This document shows, one piece after another, positions 59,403 through 64,000 of a stretch of 64,000 bases of DNA (positions within the stretch are counted from its first letter, which is position 1; the number at the start of each line of letters is the position of its first letter). The notes under the pieces are model-generated. The model did not search any database, had not been told where the DNA came from, and saw nothing but the letters and a program-made list of their open reading frames with translations. A program made the translations under genes and the position numbers. The stretch is from Candidatus Enterousia sp. (GTDB lineage: Bacteria; Pseudomonadota; Alphaproteobacteria; Rs-D84), in NCBI GenBank assembly GCA_045613785.1, contig JAZLBQ010000012.1, positions 32,099-96,098 on the forward strand, written 5' to 3'.

Positions 59403-59930
59403 TTATTTTTGAGCCTGTTTTTTTATCTGCAAAATAAAATCTCTCATGTCATAGTTTGGGTATCTATCAATTATTCTTTGTGGATTATTTTCAATTTCCT
59501 TACAGGCATCTTGTGCAACGCATTGTATATTTGTTTGTTTTACGATTTCAAAACTATTTGTTCCGCACTGAAACAGCATTGTTTCATCGGGGGCTCTGTT
59601 TTTAAAAACCCTAGATAGTGGTTTGATTTCAAAAAAGTTGATTGTAGGCTCTTGATCGTCAAGGAAAGAAAATACTTCCCAATACCACATCAAGGTATCA
59701 ACTGCATTATCGCAAAAATGAAAGACTGGTTCGTTGGCGATAACACCAAACCGGTTCAAGGTTGGTCTGTCTGGGTCACTTTTTGCGACAAATTGTCTGC
59801 CAGGGAAGTATTCAGACATACTTTTTATTTTAAATCCATTTGTTGTGCCGTCGATAATTCCTTGTTTGGACAGCCACATCATTTTATATGACTTAGAAAA
59901 ATATATTTCGTTTGGTTTAGATTTAATCAT
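59403..59930 (-). CDS. hypothetical protein (175 aa)
   Basis: AT-rich ORF between two terminators. No motif recognised. Confidence 0.5.
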   Translation of the reverse strand: MIKSKPNEIYFSKSYKMMWLSKQGIIDGTTNGFKIKSMSEYFPGRQFVAKSDPDRPTLNRFGVIANEPVFHFCDNAVDTLMWYWEVFSFLDDQEPTINFFEIKPLSRVFKNRAPDETMLFQCGTNSFEIVKQTNIQCVAQDACKEIENNPQRIIDRYPNYDMRDFILQIKKQAQK

Positions 59931-60014
59931 GTTTTTATCTTTACTAACATATCGTGCATTTATCGGATATTACTAAATATTAAACGTATGTCCATAAAAA
60001 ACAGATTTTACCAC

Positions 60015-60043
60015 TTGCATTTAATTTATGTTTTCTATATAAT
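60015..60043 (+). promoter_or_regulatory. sigma70-type promoter of tRNA-Ser(GCT)
   Basis: TTGCAT, 17 nt spacer, TATAAT, ending 11 nt before the tRNA 5' end. Confidence 0.7.
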
Positions 60044-60054
60044 ACACCCTGCAC

Positions 60055-60142
60055 GGAGCGTTGGCAGAGTGGTAATGCAGCAGATTGCTAATCTGTGACC
60101 GAAATTTTTGGTCCATAGGTTCGAGTCCTATACGCTCCGCCA
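60055..60142 (+). tRNA. tRNA-Ser (anticodon GCT), CCA encoded
   Basis: Acceptor GGAGCGT/ACGCTCC, anticodon loop TTGCTAA, a long variable arm, and T-loop TTCGAGT. Confidence 0.88.
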
Positions 60143-60148
60143 CTTATT

Positions 60149-60177
60149 TACCCGCCAATTGGCGGGTTGTTTTTTTG
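60149..60177 (+). terminator. rho-independent terminator
   Basis: ACCCGCC-aatt-GGCGGGT hairpin followed by a T-run. Confidence 0.8.
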
Positions 60178-60352
60178 ATTCTTGACTTAGTGTTGATATC
60201 GTGGCACAATACAAGCATGACAATTCGTTTTATAAATTTTTACTGTTGTCGCTAATATTGCATCTTTACTGCAAACTGAAATAGTTTGCATTTCAAATAT
60301 TTAACTAATAAAATTTCAACCACAAATACAAACCGTAAAAAGGATAGGAGCA

Positions 60353-61777
60353 ATGACGATAAGACTATTTAATACATTGACACGTAAACTAGAAGATTTT
60401 TACCCACTGCAACCAGGCAAAGTTGGTTTCTATTCTTGCGGTCCAACAGTTTATCATTATACCCATTTAGGGAACTTGCGGACATTTTTGCATAATGATT
60501 TTCTGAAACGTATGTTTTTGGCGAATGGTTATGATGTTCGTCATGTTATGAATATTACAGACGTAGGGCATTTAACCAATGATGAAGATGACAGTGGCGA
60601 AGATAAAATGGAAAAAGGTGCTGCTCGTGAAAACAAGTCTGTTTGGGATATTGCGAAATTCTACAAAGACGAATTCTTGCGTGATTATAACGATTTGAAT
60701 ATGATTGCACCAACGGTTATGCCGCATGCAACAGATTATATCGCAGAACAGATTGAACTGGTTCAAAAATTGCAAGACCTGGGTTATACCTATGAAATTG
60801 CTGACGATGGTATTTATTATGACACATCTAAATTTGCGGCCTATGGTGCATTGACCGGCGGTTCGTTGTCAGGTAATCGTGCGGGTGCTCGTGTTGATTA
60901 TAATGATGCGAAACGCAATCCGACAGATTTTGCGTTGTGGAAATTTTCTCCTAAGGACGCTAAACGTCAAATGGAATGGGACAGTCCATGGGGTGTTGGT
61001 TTCCCAGGGTGGCATGCAGAATGCAGTGCGATGAGTATGAAATTATTAGGGAATCATTTTGATATTCACACAGGTGGCGAAGACTTGTCTCGTGTTCATC
61101 ATGCGAACGAGATTGCCCAAAGCGAGCCGATAACGGGTGTGCCATGGGTAAACACATGGTTGCATTACAGTTTCTTGTTGGATAAATCTGGTGAAAAGAT
61201 GGCCAAATCCAAGGGAGAGTTTCTGGGGATGGACGCTGTTCGCAAGCGTGGATATGATCCAATGGTTTATCGTTATTTTGTTGCGATGGGGCATTATCAG
61301 TCTCAGTTGGCTTTTTCATGGGAAACAATGGACGCTACAGCAAAGAGTTATGCAAATCTGGTTCGTCGTGTTTCCGAATTGCTAGATTCTGAAGGGCAGG
61401 CAGCAGACCAGGATATGTATACAAAGTGGCATAATGATATGCTGGTGGCAATGTCTGACAATCTGAAAACAGCGTCCGTTTTAGTTCTGTTGCAAGATTT
61501 CATAAAATCAAACGAAATTGATAATGCGACAAAATTAGCATTAGTGAACTTTGTTGATAATTTATTGGGTTTGCAATTCATTGATCGTGCCAAGAAGTTG
61601 GCTGCACTGGAAAATGAATCAGTGCCTGCGGAAATTATTGCCATGGCTGACCAGCGTTCTGAGGCCAAGGCGAACAAAGACTGGGCAACTGCTGACCGTC
61701 TGCGTGCTGAAATTAATGCGGCAGGCTGGACGGTTTTGGACGGCAAAGACGGTTATAAAATCGTAAAAAAAGCCTAG
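60353..61777 (+). CDS. cysS: cysteine--tRNA ligase
   Basis: The class I signatures are HLGN (HIGH-like) and KMAKS (KMSKS). 474 aa. Confidence 0.96.
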   Translation: MTIRLFNTLTRKLEDFYPLQPGKVGFYSCGPTVYHYTHLGNLRTFLHNDFLKRMFLANGYDVRHVMNITDVGHLTNDEDDSGEDKMEKGAARENKSVWDIAKFYKDEFLRDYNDLNMIAPTVMPHATDYIAEQIELVQKLQDLGYTYEIADDGIYYDTSKFAAYGALTGGSLSGNRAGARVDYNDAKRNPTDFALWKFSPKDAKRQMEWDSPWGVGFPGWHAECSAMSMKLLGNHFDIHTGGEDLSRVHHANEIAQSEPITGVPWVNTWLHYSFLLDKSGEKMAKSKGEFLGMDAVRKRGYDPMVYRYFVAMGHYQSQLAFSWETMDATAKSYANLVRRVSELLDSEGQAADQDMYTKWHNDMLVAMSDNLKTASVLVLLQDFIKSNEIDNATKLALVNFVDNLLGLQFIDRAKKLAALENESVPAEIIAMADQRSEAKANKDWATADRLRAEINAAGWTVLDGKDGYKIVKKA

Positions 61778-61887
61778 GCTAACCAATAAATTCAAAAAAA
61801 ATGCCCCTTTCTGGGGTATTTTTTTGTTGACCAGTATTGACATTTTATATTTTTGTATTATATAAACAAAGTTAAAATGGAGTTTTT

Positions 61888-63189
61888 ATGAGTTTTAAGT
61901 CAACAAGCGATAGTTATTCAATTCTAGAAGATATATACTATAAATATCTTCCTGTCAGCGATACGCTTCGTTTTATTGCAATTTCTGATATGTTTGCTGA
62001 CGATTTGCAGTCTGGACTGTCGTCTGTAGTTGCCGAATTCGACAAGGTTTACAATAAAAAACTAACTACCAAGCACGATGTTTTGGAATACGTGTTGGCC
62101 TTTGCTGCACATAACAAATTGCCACTTCGTTTGCATGGACAAAATCAGACTTGCACTGCTATAAAAAAATTGGTGCTAATCAAGCGTTCGCTGACTGAAT
62201 TGATTGAAATGGGGTATCTTGATACACCACCTGTAACAATTTCAGAAATCAAAGAATATCAAAAGATACATCCAGAGTCTGTTCTAAATGTTTGCTATGG
62301 TAGTAGTGCAGGTTGTGGGTATAGATTTTTTTTACAGTCTGATTCATTTTTTGATTTTAGACAATGGCGAACAATTCAGCAAAAGAAGAAGTTGGTTGTC
62401 CGACCTGATATGGAAAGTAACAAAATAAAAAATTATGTAATTGATAATAAGGTAGAAGAATACCTGCGGTGCAAAATATTTTTTTCAGATTTCAAAGCAT
62501 ACAAAGCGTTGTTTCCCGACCGTGTTTTGTTTGTTGCACAATCTGGATATCACAAAAATCGTGGTGTTCGTGCTTATTTAAAACGTAGTGCAATTGAGGA
62601 TTTTGCGGCTTGGCACAAAGTTCGCAACCAGCAGCGAAAAGATAATGCGAACAAAGGCATTGAAAAACTAAAAATCGCCTCTAAATTGTTAAAGTTTGAA
62701 AATCTTGACAAGACTTACAGGATTCTTTCAGAAACCAAGCGTAAAACAAATCAAGAACTAGAAGAAATTTATTTGCTGGAACAGCAGGCAGAAATCAACA
62801 GACGTATGGCACATAATCAAGAAATAAAGCGTCTTCTTGCCACTGGCGAGATTTTATCCGTCGACGATTTAGTAAAACGTTTTTCTCAGATTTCAAATGT
62901 TGCCGAATTGTTTGCTGAATATGCCGAAGAAACAGAATTTGTAATTGATAAATCGTATTTGTTATCGAACAAAGTTTCTGATTTTGCATTTTATATTGGG
63001 TTAGACAGTTCTTGTAAAACGCCAGAAAATAAAGATATTAGTTCGTTTAATAGCAGAGATGTGTTTTCACTTTCTGACAGTCAAATGGACAGAATTGCAA
63101 CACGATTGGCAAGTGGTGCATCTTATCGTTCCGAGCGAAATGCCATAGTTGTTCTGCTAGAGCAAATAAGGCAGGAAATTAAACGTTAA
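61888..63189 (+). CDS. hypothetical protein (433 aa)
   Basis: Long ORF with AAAATGGAG upstream. No recognisable domain. Confidence 0.6.
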   Translation: MSFKSTSDSYSILEDIYYKYLPVSDTLRFIAISDMFADDLQSGLSSVVAEFDKVYNKKLTTKHDVLEYVLAFAAHNKLPLRLHGQNQTCTAIKKLVLIKRSLTELIEMGYLDTPPVTISEIKEYQKIHPESVLNVCYGSSAGCGYRFFLQSDSFFDFRQWRTIQQKKKLVVRPDMESNKIKNYVIDNKVEEYLRCKIFFSDFKAYKALFPDRVLFVAQSGYHKNRGVRAYLKRSAIEDFAAWHKVRNQQRKDNANKGIEKLKIASKLLKFENLDKTYRILSETKRKTNQELEEIYLLEQQAEINRRMAHNQEIKRLLATGEILSVDDLVKRFSQISNVAELFAEYAEETEFVIDKSYLLSNKVSDFAFYIGLDSSCKTPENKDISSFNSRDVFSLSDSQMDRIATRLASGASYRSERNAIVVLLEQIRQEIKR

Positions 63190-63265
63190 AAAAACGATAA
63201 AAAATGGTTGAAACTAGGCTAATTTTGGTGTATATTAGCCCCCGTTAACAATAGAGGAAATTTCC

Positions 63266-63826
63266 ATGAACTATCCATATATGCCTAAATCTACAGCCTT
63301 GTGGTTAATTGAAAACACAGCGTTGACATTTGAACAAATTGCAGAATTCTGCGGTTTACATGAACTAGAAGTAAAAAATATTGCTGATGCAGAAACATAT
63401 AAAATTCAGCCATTAAACCCTGTTTTAAGTGGTCAGGTTACTCGTGAAGATATTGAACGTTGCGAAGCCGATGCAGATGCTCGTTTGACATTACGCAAAG
63501 AAATCGTTGATGCACAGCAAAAGCAAAACAAACGAGGTGTTGGATACACACCAAAAATTCACCGTCAAAATCGTTTGGGCGGAATTGCATGGATTTTGAA
63601 AAACTATCCAGAATTATCAGATGGTCAAATTGCACGTTTGATGCGTAGCACAAATCCAACTGTTGACTCAATTCGCAACAAAACGCATAAATCCTACAAA
63701 GAAATTCAAATTCAAAGTCCAATTGTTCTGGGCTTGGTTTCTGAATCAGCGATACACGATGCTGTTGCCAAGGCTCAAAAACAAGCGAACGCACCCAAAA
63801 AGAAAAATAAATCCAAGAAGAAATAA
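63266..63826 (+). CDS. DUF1013 family protein (alphaproteobacterial conserved)
   Basis: PKSTALWLIENTALTFEQIAEFCGLHELEV, with a Lys-rich C-terminus. Confidence 0.8.
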   Translation: MNYPYMPKSTALWLIENTALTFEQIAEFCGLHELEVKNIADAETYKIQPLNPVLSGQVTREDIERCEADADARLTLRKEIVDAQQKQNKRGVGYTPKIHRQNRLGGIAWILKNYPELSDGQIARLMRSTNPTVDSIRNKTHKSYKEIQIQSPIVLGLVSESAIHDAVAKAQKQANAPKKKNKSKKK

Positions 63827-63882
63827 ATTTCTTTTTCAAGAACTAGATACGAACAAGATAAAAACTGTGACGGGGTGATTGA

Positions 63883-64000
63883 TGGTAAAAAAACTGGACG
63901 AGGCTACAAAACTTTTAATTGAATCTCTGCCTGAAAACTTGCAGAAACTGGCGACATCTGCGATGGAAGTTGGTTATATGTCACATATGGATTTTACAGC
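63883..64000 (+). CDS. 5' end of a gene running off the window (MVKKLDEATKLLIESLPENLQKLATSAMEVGYMSHMDFT...)
   Basis: ATG at 63883, open to the window end. Confidence 0.35.

Overview
The window is a moderately AT-rich, gene-dense bacterial chromosomal segment made mostly of housekeeping genes. I infer an alphaproteobacterial origin from a circularly permuted two-piece tmRNA gene, a DUF1013 protein, IHF alpha and beta subunits, and an alpha-type S4 N-terminus. Rubrerythrin plus a 1-Cys peroxiredoxin suggest a micro-aerobic or anaerobic, possibly host-associated, streamlined organism; this is also inference.

Confident core genes:
- Translation and tRNA modification: tgt, lysS, trpS, alaS, cysS, rpsD, prfB (canonical +1 frameshift), smpB, obg, mtaB-like, tcdA, tsaB, rimI.
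- DNA and RNA metabolism: ligA, holB, two tatD-family genes, a xerC/D-family recombinase, rnj, rpoZ, HU, ihfA, ihfB.
- Envelope and other: PBP1A, a PBP5-type carboxypeptidase, an AmiC-type amidase, an MsbA-like ABC exporter, and a fused accD-accA.

There are seven dispersed tRNA genes: Gly-GCC, Arg-CCT, Arg-CCG, Ser-GGA, Met/Ile-CAT, Ser-CGA and Ser-GCT. No rRNA or CRISPR array is present.

Accessory or unusual content:
1. A very AT-rich islet next to tRNA-Gly carrying a gamma-class N6-adenine methyltransferase, a convergent PD-(D/E)xK-like nuclease (a type II R-M candidate) and a GT2 glycosyltransferase.
2. A GC-rich 121-bp tandem repeat that starts inside tRNA-Arg(CCT) and regenerates its last 17 nt in each copy.
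3. A divergent RelA/SpoT-like orphan gene coupled to lysS.
4. A Lon homolog lacking the protease domain, an AlaRS lacking C-Ala, and a catalytically dead alpha/beta-hydrolase homolog.
5. A NUMOD4/HNH gene preceded by a 34-codon membrane-peptide ORF, next to an HD phosphohydrolase and tRNA-Ser.
6. A PIF1-type helicase next to tRNA-Met.
7. A chimeric protein with a histone-H1-like tail, a Cys cluster, a TM segment and an EF-hand.
8. Several orphan secreted or membrane proteins.

All family assignments come from motif recognition by eye. No database search was run.
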